This document shows positions 1-10,323 of a DNA stretch of 64,000 bases, one piece after another (the first letter of the stretch is position 1; the number at the start of each line of letters is the position of its first letter). The position numbers were made by a program, and so were the translations under genes. This stretch comes from Acidobacteriota bacterium (lineage in GTDB: Bacteria; Acidobacteriota; UBA6911): assembly GCA_963664705.1 (NCBI GenBank), contig OY761556.1:960001-1024000 (forward strand), in the 5' to 3' direction. The notes under the pieces were generated by a model that worked only from the letters and a program-made list of their open reading frames with translations, did no database searches and was not told the DNA's origin.

Positions 1-1209
1 GATGCCGGCCTTCTTCACGTTCTCAATGTGTTTGAGCAGGTTGGACAAGCCCTTTTCCACCAGCTCAACGTTTTCCTGTGAGTAAACAGGATCCAGCTTC
101 TTGCCCGGAGGAACTGGAGGGCCGCCGCCATGGCTCTTGAGAGCGCGAACAGTGGCAACCACAACAGCGCAATTCGGCTTCAGGCCGGAGAATCTGCACT
201 TGAGGTTCCAGAACTTTTCAAAGCCGATGTCGGCGCCGAATCCGCTTTCGGTGAGGTGGTAATCGGCAAGCTTGAGAGCCAGCTTGTCCGCCACGATGGA
301 GGATTGACCGATGGCGATATTGGCAAACGGTCCTGCATGGACGAAGATCGGCTGTCCTTCAATCGTCTGCAGAAGGTTCGGGTTGATGGTATTGACCATC
401 CAGGCACACATCGCGCCGTCTACTTCCAGATCGGCTGTGGTGACGGGATCGCCCTTCTTGTTGTACGCAACCACCATTTTGCCGATTCTTTCACGCATAT
501 CTTTGAGGCTGGTGGCGACGGCGAGGATCGCCATCAATTCGGAGCTGACGGCAATGGCGAAACCGGATTGCATCATGAAGCCATCCATTTTGCCGCCCAT
601 TCCGATGGTGATGTTGCGCAGAGCCTGGGCGCAGAAGTCGATGACCCACTTCATTTGAACATTGCGATGATCGACGTCCAGCCGCTTCAGGTTTTTGGAT
701 GCCAGGAAAGCATCGTCATTGATGTATTCGTGCTGCATTCTGGAGGTGAGAGCAATCATTCCCAGATTGTGCGCATTGATGATGTCGTTGATGTCGCCCG
801 TTAATCCGAGGGAGAACGGTGTGAGCGGAACGCACTGAGCCAGACCGCCGCCTGCAGCGCTCCCTTTAATGTTCATGGTTGGTCCGCCCGAGGGCTGCCT
901 GATCGCGCCGGTTACTCTCTTCCCGCGTTTCCCCAGACCCTGAACCAAACCCATGGTGGAGGTGCTTTTCCCTTCTCCCAGTGGAGTAGGGGTAATCGCC
1001 GTAACGTCAATGTACTTGCCGTCCGGGTTGTTCTTTACTCTATCCATTATGGCGCGATAGTCGACTTTGCCATAATAATGCCCATAAGGAATCAATTCTT
1101 CGTTTTTGATTCCGAGTCCATCCGCAAGCTGCTGGACCGTTCTCATGTCTTTTTCGGCTTCGAACGCTATCTGCCAGTCAGCCATTTTAGTTGGATCAAG
1201 CTTTCCCAT
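1..1209 (-). CDS. fhs: formate--tetrahydrofolate ligase (runs off the window edge; absent from the ORF track)
   Basis: Manual minus-strand translation from ATG at 1209 (GAGG upstream): [15 protein letters not shown]...[14 protein letters not shown]...RQPSGGP...KGSAAGGG...[13 protein letters not shown], the classic FTHFS motifs. Confidence 0.95.
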   Translation of the reverse strand, partial: MGKLDPTKMADWQIAFEAEKDMRTVQQLADGLGIKNEELIPYGHYYGKVDYRAIMDRVKNNPDGKYIDVTAITPTPLGEGKSTSTMGLVQGLGKRGKRVTGAIRQPSGGPTMNIKGSAAGGGLAQCVPLTPFSLGLTGDINDIINAHNLGMIALTSRMQHEYINDDAFLASKNLKRLDVDHRNVQMKWVIDFCAQALRNITIGMGGKMDGFMMQSGFAIAVSSELMAILAVATSLKDMRERIGKMVVAYNKKGDPVTTADLEVDGAMCAWMVNTINPNLLQTIEGQPIFVHAGPFANIAIGQSSIVADKLALKLADYHLTESGFGADIGFEKFWNLKCRFSGLKPNCAVVVATVRALKSHGGGPPVPPGKKLDPVYSQENVELVEKGLSNLLKHIENVKKAGI

Positions 1210-1711
1210 GTGCCATCCTCCGTTTGTTCTTTTACTCTTCTTTTTTACGGTTTTTATAATAAGACCGAATAAACTGCCATGGCCTTTCCCATCTGCACCA
1301 AGCCCCATGCCAGCCGGGACATTATAAAGGAAAATCGCGGAAAGTCCATTTATCGATTAATTTCTATAAACTATCCCGTCCCATCCATAAGGAACCCTTA
1401 GCGACGACTTTCGACGGACAAAAAAACAGCCTTTCCGGGCAAAATGAAAGAGCCGGCCATTCAGCCATTTATGAGTAGATCACGGGACCGATTGGGTATA
1501 GCATAAATGTAAGAATAAAGGAGCAGAGTATGGAGTGCTGCTTCTCAAATCATCGGCATCGCATCCCAAAAGCCGAACACCCCGGTTCCCGTACGACAGT
1601 GTTGGAATGTAACTGAAAGCCTGTTTTATCCAGGGTTTCGAGGGCGGGTGTGTCGGAGCAGCGTACGGGGCTAGCCGACGTCCCCGCCATCAAACCGGAA
1701 AGGAATGCAAT

Positions 1712-2188
1712 ATGTCAATTCCGGCCCATATCAGCAACTATCTGGATTCCCAACATATTCCCTATCAATCTTTTACTCATTCCAGAGCCTATACCGCCCA
1801 GGGGATTGCCCAGGCGCAGCATCTGAGTGGGAAAAGGCTCGCCAAGGTGGTGATGGTCGTGGTGGGGGAAAAGAAGGTCGTGATGGCGGTCGTTCCCGCC
1901 AGCCATCGTGTGGATTTGGATCATTTCGCGGACATCCTGAAAGCAAAATTGATCCGCCTTGCGACCGAGGAGGAATTCCAGGATATCTTCCCCGAATGTG
2001 AACTGGGTGCCATGCCACCCCTGGGCAACCTCTATCACCTGGATGTCTGGGTTGACGCGAAATTGCGGTTATACCCGACTATTTCGTTCAATGCGGGTAC
2101 GCACGCCGAAATCATACAGATGTTCTTTGCGGATTTCGAGCGGCTGGTGCACCCGAGGGTTGCGTCTTTTGGGGCGCTCCTGCACTGA
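1712..2188 (+). CDS. YbaK/EbsC/ProX-family aminoacyl-tRNA deacylase
   Basis: LAKVVMV, LATEEE and CELGAMPPLG motifs; 158 aa; AAGGA upstream. Confidence 0.9.
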   Translation: MSIPAHISNYLDSQHIPYQSFTHSRAYTAQGIAQAQHLSGKRLAKVVMVVVGEKKVVMAVVPASHRVDLDHFADILKAKLIRLATEEEFQDIFPECELGAMPPLGNLYHLDVWVDAKLRLYPTISFNAGTHAEIIQMFFADFERLVHPRVASFGALLH

Positions 2189-2288
2189 TCGGTCTCTCGG
2201 CCTGGCCCGGGATGGAAGGATGGTATTCGAAGATCTATGGAGGTTTTGAGGATCGCTGCAGGAGGTTTATTTTTCTGAGGGAGGTTCA

Positions 2289-2783
2289 ATGACCAAGATG
2301 CTACAGTCCCGTGAGGCGCCGCGCAGTGAGAAGCGTGGCGCAGTGGGTGGATCACATCAGTCTGAAAAATATGCATCCAACACCCGTTGTCCGAAGTGCA
2401 ATCTTCGATACCAGGATGGTATGTGGAAACGGGTCATTGCGGAGAACGGAGCGGATGTGCCATCAAAGCTGTGTCCCGCATGCATGCAGATACGGGATGG
2501 CCAAATAGGAGGTATTGTCGAGTTTACAGGCGCTTTTGCCGGGGTTCACCGCCAGGAATTATTGAATCGGATCAGGAATGTAGAGAAACTGACCCGGGAG
2601 GAACGGCCCCTGGAACGCATTGTTCAGGTGAAGGAGGAAAAGGGGGGAATCGTTGTCTCTGCTACAACAGAACACCTGGTTGCCAGAATAGGGAAATCGG
2701 TTCAACGAGACTTCGGCGGCGAACTGCATCTTCGGTATACCCCCGAGGATAAGTTTGCCTACGTGCATTGGCACAGAGATTAA
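2289..2783 (+). CDS. BCAM0308-like zinc-finger protein (CxxC...CPAC)
   Basis: CPKC...CPAC, RPLERI and TTEHLVARIG motifs; GGAGG RBS. Confidence 0.7.
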   Translation: MTKMLQSREAPRSEKRGAVGGSHQSEKYASNTRCPKCNLRYQDGMWKRVIAENGADVPSKLCPACMQIRDGQIGGIVEFTGAFAGVHRQELLNRIRNVEKLTREERPLERIVQVKEEKGGIVVSATTEHLVARIGKSVQRDFGGELHLRYTPEDKFAYVHWHRD

Positions 2784-2788
2784 CGGGC

Positions 2789-2824
2789 AGTGGGTAGTGG
2801 GCCGCGACAAGCCCATTACCCACT
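2789..2824. terminator. hairpin between convergent genes (probable bidirectional terminator)
   Basis: AGTGGGTAGTGGGC-N8-GCCCATTACCCACT: 14-bp stem with one G-U pair. Confidence 0.65.
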
Positions 2825-4217
2825 ACTTGATTCCCGGCTCAGTCATATTTCGCAGGTCGAATGCCCTTTCGATTTGTGCTTCGCTCAACAATCCCCTTTC
2901 CAGCACAATCTGTCGAATGGTTTTGCCGGAGGCTAGGTATTCCTTGGCCACCTCTGCAGCCGCACTGTATCCAATGTGAGGATTCAGCACCGTGACAATG
3001 CTCATGCTGGCTTCCGCATAGGCTTGACAGCGAGACTCGTCCGCCCGGATACCCGCCAGGCAGAATCGCGTAAAGACATCGACCGCATTGGAAAGAATTT
3101 CGATTGCATGGAGAAGATTGAACGCCACCACCGGCATCATTACATTAAGCTCCAGTTGCCCGGCCTGAGCCGCCATCAAGACAGTCGTATCGCAGCCGAT
3201 GACCTGGAAGCAGACCATGTTGAGCATTTCCGCCATTACCGGATTGATCTTTCCCGGCATGATCGAGGATCCCGGTTGCAGCCCGGGCAGAGAGATTTCA
3301 GCGAAGCCCGTTTTGGGGCCCGAGCTGAGCAGTCGCAGGTCGTTGGCAATCCTGATAAGGTCCTGGGCCAGCGCTCGCAAGGCTCCTGACAGATGCACAA
3401 AAGGCCTCAGCGATTGCATGGCCTCAAAGTAATCGTCCGCCATCCGGAAATCGAAGCCCAGTTCTCTGCCGAGTTCCTGCACCATTTTGAAGCGGTATTC
3501 GGGATGCGCGTTGAGCCCTGTGCCAACCGCTGTTCCTCCAATCCCCAGCTCCTTGTTCATATCCTCGGCTGTTTCGATTGCTTCCAGATGCTTCCGGATG
3601 CAGGTTGCATACGCGCCGAATTCCTGGCCCAGCCGTATGGGAACAGCATCCTGCAGGTGGGTCCGTCCGGATTTCACAACGGAATCGAATTCTTCGGCTT
3701 TTTCCGCCAGGATTTGCCGCATGCTTTCCATCGAGTGCCGAAGCACCTGCGTCCGCATTACGGCCGCAATCCGTATCGCTGTCGGACAGACATCGTTGGT
3801 GGATTGAGACATGTTGACGTGGTCGTTCGGATGGATGATGGAATAGTCCCCTTTTTGTCCGCCAAGGAGCTCGATGGCGCGATTGGCAATCACTTCATTC
3901 GCATTCATGTTGTGCGAAGTGCCGGCTCCCGCTTGATAGACATCCACAACGAACCACTCCCGCAGATTACCATTCAGGATTTCATCGCACGCCGCAATGA
4001 TCGCCTGGGCCTTCGTGGAATCCAGGAGCCCGAGCGAGGTGTTGACCGCGGCGGCAGCTTTCTTGATATAAACGGTGGCATCGATATAGGACGGCCTGGG
4101 CTTCAGGCCGCTGATGGGAAAATTTTCCACAGCCCTGTCCGTCTGGATGCCATAATAGGCATTACTGTCGATTTGGCGCGCGCCAAGGGAATCTTTTTCC
4201 GTGCGTGTTCGCATCAC
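2823..4217 (-). CDS. aspA: aspartate ammonia-lyase (fumarase class II superfamily)
   Basis: GAGTSHNMN, SQSTND, KSGRTHLQDAVP and SSIMPGKINP signature motifs. Confidence 0.85.
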   Translation of the reverse strand: MMRTRTEKDSLGARQIDSNAYYGIQTDRAVENFPISGLKPRPSYIDATVYIKKAAAAVNTSLGLLDSTKAQAIIAACDEILNGNLREWFVVDVYQAGAGTSHNMNANEVIANRAIELLGGQKGDYSIIHPNDHVNMSQSTNDVCPTAIRIAAVMRTQVLRHSMESMRQILAEKAEEFDSVVKSGRTHLQDAVPIRLGQEFGAYATCIRKHLEAIETAEDMNKELGIGGTAVGTGLNAHPEYRFKMVQELGRELGFDFRMADDYFEAMQSLRPFVHLSGALRALAQDLIRIANDLRLLSSGPKTGFAEISLPGLQPGSSIMPGKINPVMAEMLNMVCFQVIGCDTTVLMAAQAGQLELNVMMPVVAFNLLHAIEILSNAVDVFTRFCLAGIRADESRCQAYAEASMSIVTVLNPHIGYSAAAEVAKEYLASGKTIRQIVLERGLLSEAQIERAFDLRNMTEPGIK

Positions 4218-4293
4218 CGCCTCCTGAATTAAATTTGGATAGAGCCGCGCATCAATTCAAGAGGCATTCTCTGAGCGGGGGGAGGGAAGCGCT

Positions 4294-4551
4294 GTGACCG
4301 AGCCGGTGGAGCTGCCGATCGAGGATTCGATCGACCTGCATACGTTTCAGCCAAGAGAGATTCCGGATCTCATGGAAGAGTATCTGTTCCAGGCTGAACA
4401 AAAGGGTTTTAAGGAAGTCCGCATCATTCATGGCAGGGGCGTGGGAGTGCAGCGCAGCATCGTGCACTCCATTCTGAAGAAGCATCCGCGTGTCCTGGCT
4501 TTTCGAGATGCCCCGGACAAAGGCTCGACCACCGTCGTGTTGAGCCGCTGA
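4294..4551 (+). CDS. stand-alone Smr-domain protein
   Basis: IDLH...IIHGRGVG...GST Smr motifs. Confidence 0.85.
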   Translation: MTEPVELPIEDSIDLHTFQPREIPDLMEEYLFQAEQKGFKEVRIIHGRGVGVQRSIVHSILKKHPRVLAFRDAPDKGSTTVVLSR

Positions 4552-4581
4552 AAATAGGGAGCCGGCGGAATACGACGGGGC

Positions 4582-6654
4582 CTATTTCCCGTTCTCTGCA
4601 TTTTTCCCTGCGTTCTCCGCCGCGATGGCTTCAAAGAGCCTTCGGATTGAACCGGTGATAGCGGGGAGCATTTCAGCCTGAGGCTTGTCTGCGCGTGATA
4701 AAAGGTCTTTTGTTTCCTTGCGCCAGGCTTCGGACGGCTTTTGCCCATTTTGGATGAAATCCATGGCCTGCAGGCCTCTCTCACAGAGTTCGGCAATGGT
4801 ATCCGCCATGGGCCGGATTTCCTCAAGCAGGTATGACCGCCCGATCATGGTCTGAACCGCGGCATTGTTATCCTTCCAGTCCGCCAGCGAGGCTCGAACC
4901 CGGGCTGCGGCCGTTCCCGCTGGATCAGCGAGGAGATTCTGCACCTGCAGATCCAGTTGCCGGGCCGTTTCGCTTTCGGGGAAAACCAGGTCGACCATCC
5001 GGTTCATGGGGCTGAAGCTGGTGTATTTTCTTGTTCTCTGCCGCACGCCCAGACCGGTTGGAAGCAGCAGTTCCGTGAGTTTCCGGAGTGGCGCGATATC
5101 CTGATATCCTGCCAGGCGCTGCAGCATTTCGATCTGGTGGTCGGCGTGCCGGAGTCCCAGAAAACGGAGTTCCTGATTGAAGCGATCGAGTCGTCGATAC
5201 AGATCGGCGGCATCGGTGGGCACGGAAACGGACCATAGCCGCTCCGCAATCGCGCCCGCGCGCGGCCAGATGCGGGATTCTATATTGTCGGGATTGGCAA
5301 ACTCCGCCCACATGCAGGCTTCTCCGCCCAAAATCCGGCCGCGCTCCTCCGCGCTGAGTGAATCGGCGTCTTTGCCGAGCGGGTCCATTTCATAGTGGAA
5401 AGACGCGGGTCTCATGTGGTCCAGGTAATAGCTGTAGGAAAGAATGGCGGAGAATCCCCTGCGAACGGTGTCGCCGATAGTAGGCTGCTTGCGCCACACC
5501 TGCACCAGCACATTGGAGGGAAGATCGGGGTGCAGGATTTCATCCCAGCCCATCATTTTCTTGCCGTGCTTTGTCACTATCTTGAGCAGACGCTGGTTGA
5601 AATAAGCCTGCAGTTCGCGATTGTCTTTCAGCTGGTGCCGAGTCCTGAATGCACGGATCGTCGGGCTGGCGCTCCATTGTTTCTCGTTGACCTCGTCGCC
5701 GCCGATATGAAAGTACTCATCGGGGAAGAGCGCCGCCATTTCCCCGATAAGGGCATCGAGAAAGGAGTAGGTGCTTTCCAGTGCGGGGTTCAGGCACGGC
5801 TCAAAGACGCCCCAGGAGCGTTCGATCTGATAGGGGCCCGGCGCGCTTGCCAGTTCCGGATAGGCGACCAGCCACGATGTCGAGTGTCCGGGCATGTCGA
5901 ATTCCGGAATGACGCGAATGCCGCGGTCGCGCGCATAGGCCACGAGCCCTTTGACCTCTGCCTGTGTGTAGTAATGACCATCCGAGCCCATTTCATGGAG
6001 CTTGGGGAACTTAAGCGATTCCACGCGAAAGCCCTGATCATCGGACAGATGCCAATGCAGCACGTTCATCTTTGCCGCGGCCATGGCATCCAGGTTCCGA
6101 CGGATAACATCGAGCGGTTCCCAATGGCGTGAGGCATCGATGAGCAGGCCCCTCCAGCGCAGGCGTGGCCGGTCTTCAATGCTGGCCGCCGGGATAAAGA
6201 AAGACTGGCCATCCAGCTCAATGAGCTGGAGGAATGTTTCCATTCCTCGAAGGATCCCGATGGGTGAAGCTGCCGTGAGCCGGGCTGCCCGGTCGGTAAC
6301 TTCCAGTTGGTAGGATTCATCCGCCGTGAGGGACGGCAGCGCTTCGCCGGCTCCGCTGCACTGAATCTGAAGTGTTGCCGGATTGGAGTCCGTGTCCCCC
6401 TGTGGATGCAGCGGGATCCCGGTTCTATGCTGCAACCGATCGAGCAGACGGTCCGCGGCCCTTTTCAGAAGCGGATCGGAATATCCCGCAATTTTCACAT
6501 TGAAGCTGCCGTCGATAACCAGCCTGCCCGCGTTGAGAACCATATGTTCGGGCAGCGGGACCACATGAATATTGGTTTGTTGAGCCATAAGCAGTTGAGT
6601 TGAGAAGATCGCTGCAACCATGACAAGAACAACATAGGCTTTTTGTTGAATCAC
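4582..6654 (-). CDS. secreted beta-N-acetylhexosaminidase (GH20)
   Basis: Signal peptide; WRGLLIDASRH, HWHLSDDQ, PEFDMPGH, catalytic HIGGDEV and GGEACMWAE motifs. Confidence 0.93.
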   Translation of the reverse strand: MIQQKAYVVLVMVAAIFSTQLLMAQQTNIHVVPLPEHMVLNAGRLVIDGSFNVKIAGYSDPLLKRAADRLLDRLQHRTGIPLHPQGDTDSNPATLQIQCSGAGEALPSLTADESYQLEVTDRAARLTAASPIGILRGMETFLQLIELDGQSFFIPAASIEDRPRLRWRGLLIDASRHWEPLDVIRRNLDAMAAAKMNVLHWHLSDDQGFRVESLKFPKLHEMGSDGHYYTQAEVKGLVAYARDRGIRVIPEFDMPGHSTSWLVAYPELASAPGPYQIERSWGVFEPCLNPALESTYSFLDALIGEMAALFPDEYFHIGGDEVNEKQWSASPTIRAFRTRHQLKDNRELQAYFNQRLLKIVTKHGKKMMGWDEILHPDLPSNVLVQVWRKQPTIGDTVRRGFSAILSYSYYLDHMRPASFHYEMDPLGKDADSLSAEERGRILGGEACMWAEFANPDNIESRIWPRAGAIAERLWSVSVPTDAADLYRRLDRFNQELRFLGLRHADHQIEMLQRLAGYQDIAPLRKLTELLLPTGLGVRQRTRKYTSFSPMNRMVDLVFPESETARQLDLQVQNLLADPAGTAAARVRASLADWKDNNAAVQTMIGRSYLLEEIRPMADTIAELCERGLQAMDFIQNGQKPSEAWRKETKDLLSRADKPQAEMLPAITGSIRRLFEAIAAENAGKNAENGK

Positions 6655-6811
6655 GGGAATTCCTTTCCAAGGCTTGCCGGAGCCATGATAGCGAATTAGG
6701 GAAGGGAATCGTTATCGGAATTTCGCAAGCCCGGCACCCGCCCCAATTTGTTGACACGTGCTCCTCTTGTCGGGTACTTTGACTTGCATGGACGAACAAA
6801 AGGAGAAAGCT

Positions 6812-7402
6812 GTGGACAAAGACATTTCCATTGTTGGCGAACCGACGATTAACCCCGCAACCTGCAAATTCACCGTAGACCGATCGGTATATCCCGGTGG
6901 GTCTGCTTATTTTGGAAACCGCGATGCCGCGAAGTTCTCTCCGCTGGCACAGAAGGTATTCGAAATCCAGGAAGTCGAGAACATACTCATCGCGGATACG
7001 CAGGTTACCGTGACCAAGTCCGGCTTTGAGCCCTGGCCTGTCATCGGGAAACTCATCGGAGCCAAGATTCGCGAACACATCCGGTCGAATCAGCCGGCGG
7101 TAACGACGGAGTTCGAGTCCGCCATGCCATCCGAATCGGAGATTCGTACAAAGGTGCAGGGCCTGTTGGAACGGGAAATCAATCCCGCTCTCGGCATGCA
7201 CGGCGGCTGGGTGGAACTCATCGATGTGAAGAAAAATGCGGTGTATCTGCGGCTCGGAGGCGGATGCCAGGGCTGCGGATCCGCAAACGTAACGCTGAAG
7301 ATGGGAATTGAAAAGGCCATCCGCGAACAGATACCTGAAGTCGGGGAAGTGCTGGATACCACCGATCACGCAGCGGGACGGAATCCGTACTATCAACAGT
7401 AG
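6812..7402 (+). CDS. NifU/Nfu-family Fe-S carrier (N-terminal Nfu scaffold plus CxxC domain)
   Basis: EPTINP, INPALGMHGG and GGCQGC motifs. Start placed at GTG 6812 after AGGAG; ATG 6788 is an alternative. Confidence 0.88.
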   Translation: MDKDISIVGEPTINPATCKFTVDRSVYPGGSAYFGNRDAAKFSPLAQKVFEIQEVENILIADTQVTVTKSGFEPWPVIGKLIGAKIREHIRSNQPAVTTEFESAMPSESEIRTKVQGLLEREINPALGMHGGWVELIDVKKNAVYLRLGGGCQGCGSANVTLKMGIEKAIREQIPEVGEVLDTTDHAAGRNPYYQQ

Positions 7403-7632
7403 CGGCGCGTGTGTGCGGGCGCGAGTGGATTGGCGAAATTCGGATCCGTTGTCGGCCGCATGCGGCTTTTTGAGGCTGGATTCGGGGTTTTAGCTAAAAA
7501 AATCTGCGCGCATAGCGATAAATAGCGGGTTTTTTGAAAATAGTGATTGTTTTTTTTTAGAATATCCGCAAAATGTCCATAGCTTGTTTGCTTTGTTCCA
7601 GTAGGGTCAAATAAATTCATGGGAGGAGTTGA

Positions 7633-7932
7633 ATGGCTGGAAAAGTGATGACGAAGGCTCAATTGGTTACCTTGATTGCAGATAAGGCAGAAGTTACCAA
7701 AGCTGCGGCGAATGGGATTCTCGAGATTATTGCCAACACCGCAGTGACCGAGACAAAAAAGAACGGCCAGTTCATTATTCCGGGGATTGGCAAGCTCGTA
7801 AAATCACAGCGCAAGGCAAGAATGGGACGCAATCCCCAGACCGGCGCCGCGATCAAGATTCCTGCGAAGACCGTTGTAAAATTCAGAGTAGCCAAGGCCT
7901 GCAAAGACGCCGTGGTTCCTGGAAAGAAGTAG
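7633..7932 (+). CDS. hup: HU-family DNA-binding protein
   Basis: MTKAQL, GIGKL and RKARMGRNPQTG motifs; GGAGGAG RBS. Confidence 0.95.
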   Translation: MAGKVMTKAQLVTLIADKAEVTKAAANGILEIIANTAVTETKKNGQFIIPGIGKLVKSQRKARMGRNPQTGAAIKIPAKTVVKFRVAKACKDAVVPGKK

Positions 7933-7957
7933 TTTTCGCTTTATGGACGGTGATGGG

Positions 7958-8023
7958 ATCAGGCCCTCAGAGGCTGCGGATGGAGCGTCCGCTGCTTAAA
8001 CCACAGCCTCTCAGGGACCTGAT
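7958..8023. terminator. long imperfect inverted repeat between convergent hup and dppC
   Basis: ATCAGG-CCCTCAGAGGCTG...CAGCCTCTCAGGG-ACCTGAT. Confidence 0.6.
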
Positions 8024-8027
8024 TCTG

Positions 8028-9062
8028 TTATAGCCGGACGGTATCCTTCCCCTTCTGATTTCCCCTTGAAATCCGGCTGCCCAGCAGATTCAGGCAGAGC
8101 AGCGTTACAAACACCATACCCAGCGGCAGCAGGTTCCACCAGAAATCCGTCAGCACGCGTGCGTCCTTCAGATTCTTCAGCATGGATCCCCAGGATTCTC
8201 CCGCATCATGAAACCCGATGTTTAGGAAAGAGAGGACAACCTCACCCAACAGGAATATGGGAGCGGCCACGACAAGCTGCGAGAGGATAAAGGGGAGAAG
8301 ACCGGGAAACATGTGCCGGCGGAAAATGTGCCATGGAGAAGCGCCAAGCGAATGGGCCGCTTCCACGAAGACGGAATTTCTGAGCTGCAGGATGAGACCG
8401 CGAATGCCGCGCGCCATGGGTGGCCATGCCACGGCGGCAATTGTCCCGACTATCAGAAGCAGGTTTTGCATGAAGGGCATTTTGGCGGGCAGAAAGGCGC
8501 GCAGGGAAAGCACGATGTAGAGGGCCGGCAGCGCCAGCACAAATTCCGAGAAGCGCATCAGGAGTGAATCGATCCAACCGCCGAAAAGCCCGGCCAGTGC
8601 TCCGATGGAAATGCCCAGCGCGGAGTAGAGCAGCAGCCCGAGCAGCATGACGAGAAGCGAAGTCCTGGTTCCCGCCAATACCCGTGCCAGAACGTCGCGC
8701 CCGAAATCATCGGTGCCGGCCGGATAGTAATAGGGCGGCTGGCTTCTTCCCAGGAGATGGCAATTCATGGGAATCAAACCCAGGAGCCGGTAGGAGTATC
8801 CGGAGTAGAAGAACTGCAGAGGATAGGTCTGCTCCGTGTTTTCCTTGTAGCGCGTATCGAGCGGATCCTTCAATTCCATCCGATAGACAAACGGTACCGT
8901 CAGTGCGGTTTGATTGAAGAAGTGCATCCGGTTGGGAGGCTGGAAAAACTGTTCCAGGTTTTGCATCCCCGGCGGATTGGAGGAGAGGAAGTCGGAAAAG
9001 ATGGAAACCAGCACCAGCAGAAGCACGAATCCCGCGGAGAGCCTGAAAGTCAGCGATTTCAT
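8028..9062 (-). CDS. dppC: peptide ABC transporter permease, DppC/OppC type
   Basis: GTDDFGRDVLAR and FVEAAHSLGAS (EAA loop). Start MKSLTF at 9062 overlaps the upstream stop (ATGA). Confidence 0.85.
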   Translation of the reverse strand: MKSLTFRLSAGFVLLLVLVSIFSDFLSSNPPGMQNLEQFFQPPNRMHFFNQTALTVPFVYRMELKDPLDTRYKENTEQTYPLQFFYSGYSYRLLGLIPMNCHLLGRSQPPYYYPAGTDDFGRDVLARVLAGTRTSLLVMLLGLLLYSALGISIGALAGLFGGWIDSLLMRFSEFVLALPALYIVLSLRAFLPAKMPFMQNLLLIVGTIAAVAWPPMARGIRGLILQLRNSVFVEAAHSLGASPWHIFRRHMFPGLLPFILSQLVVAAPIFLLGEVVLSFLNIGFHDAGESWGSMLKNLKDARVLTDFWWNLLPLGMVFVTLLCLNLLGSRISRGNQKGKDTVRL

Positions 9063-10054
9063 CGTATGCCTTTCCGCATCGCGGGACGCGTTCTGGGATC
9101 CAGCGCCAGCATCGCCGTGTCCGCCAGCAGATTTCCCAGGACAAGGAGAAGACTGCTTCCCAGGACGCATCCGGCCAGCAGGAACAGATCGCGGTTGAAG
9201 AGCGCGTCATAGGTGATCTGTCCGAGTCCGGGCCACGAGAAGATGACTTCCAGGACGAGGCTTCCGCTGAGGATTCCCCCGAGCATCGGCCCTGTGATTG
9301 AGAGCACGGGGTTGAGCCCCGGGCGCAGCATGTAATTCAGAAAAATCCGCGAATTTCCCAGGCCTCTGGCTCGTGCGCAGCGCAGGTACAATAAATTGTC
9401 GTGGCTCTGCATGGCGGCGTATTGAATCCGTTCTATATAGGCGAGAACGGGAATGGTCAGGCAGAGCACCGGCAAACACAGGTGGTGGAGCCGATCGATT
9501 GTCCAGTGCAGGATGCCGATCGGCTGATCGGCCAGCGAGTTCATGCCCCCCAGCGGGAACCAGTGCGTGTGCGCGGCAAAGAGTAGCGCCGACAGTCCCA
9601 GTAGAAGGGAAGGGAGTGAAAGTGCGATCGTGGAAAACAGGCTCAGCAGTTTTCCCGGCGCGCGTCTCTCAAACAGGGCGTGAATGGTGCCGGCAAAAAG
9701 CCCGCCGCCGAAGCCGAGAATCAAAGCCGGAATCCCCATCCAGAGAGTGTTGGCCAGGGCGCCGGTGACTACGGAGAAAACGGGGCGCTGGTAGAAGAGG
9801 GATTGTCCCAGGTCCAGGCGCAGAAGCCTGCCGAACCAGCGCGCAAACTGAATGTAGAACGGCGCGTCCAGTCCATATTTATGCCGGAGCTGGCTTACCG
9901 CTTCCTTCTGGATCGATGCATCGACCAGGTGCGTGCTGAAGAAGTCCCCGGGAATAACTGCGGAGAGCCAGAAGGTAAGGAAGGCAACGGCAAAGGAAAG
10001 CAGCAGGAACTGAGCGATTCGTTTCAATAGGAAGGATGAAGTCCCGGTCCGCAT
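9059..10054 (-). CDS. dppB: peptide ABC transporter permease, DppB/OppB type
   Basis: YGLDAP, DLGQS, ARARGL, EVIFSWPGLG and LDPR motifs. Confidence 0.88.
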   Translation of the reverse strand: MRTGTSSFLLKRIAQFLLLSFAVAFLTFWLSAVIPGDFFSTHLVDASIQKEAVSQLRHKYGLDAPFYIQFARWFGRLLRLDLGQSLFYQRPVFSVVTGALANTLWMGIPALILGFGGGLFAGTIHALFERRAPGKLLSLFSTIALSLPSLLLGLSALLFAAHTHWFPLGGMNSLADQPIGILHWTIDRLHHLCLPVLCLTIPVLAYIERIQYAAMQSHDNLLYLRCARARGLGNSRIFLNYMLRPGLNPVLSITGPMLGGILSGSLVLEVIFSWPGLGQITYDALFNRDLFLLAGCVLGSSLLLVLGNLLADTAMLALDPRTRPAMRKGIR

Positions 10055-10323
10055 CTGTTTTTGCCAATGGCGGCATCTGTTCTGTCCGGGATGCCGGCAC
10101 GCTCCGATTTTTCGTAATTTGCCCGAATTGAAACTCCCATTGTACTAGAAAGCCGTGATTTTCTATAATGGGCTGCCCTTGAATCAACCCCTCGCTTGCA
10201 TCTGTAGTTCCCTCGGAGTGAGGGCGCCCTTTTGAATTTAGACGCGCGATAGCCGTTGGTCTGTGTAACTTCTAAAAATTAGTGTCTTTGCAGTGGCCTG
10301 CCACCATTTGTCAGGGAGCGTCT

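Noticed and set aside
130-804. 224-aa plus-strand ORF
   Set aside because: Antisense shadow of fhs, which the ORF track omitted because it runs off the window.
1210-1530. ZTP or THF riboswitch upstream of fhs
   Set aside because: No recognisable consensus on the minus strand. The TGGCAT-N5-TTGG sigma54-like match lacks the -12 C and lies just downstream of a plain TATAAT promoter.
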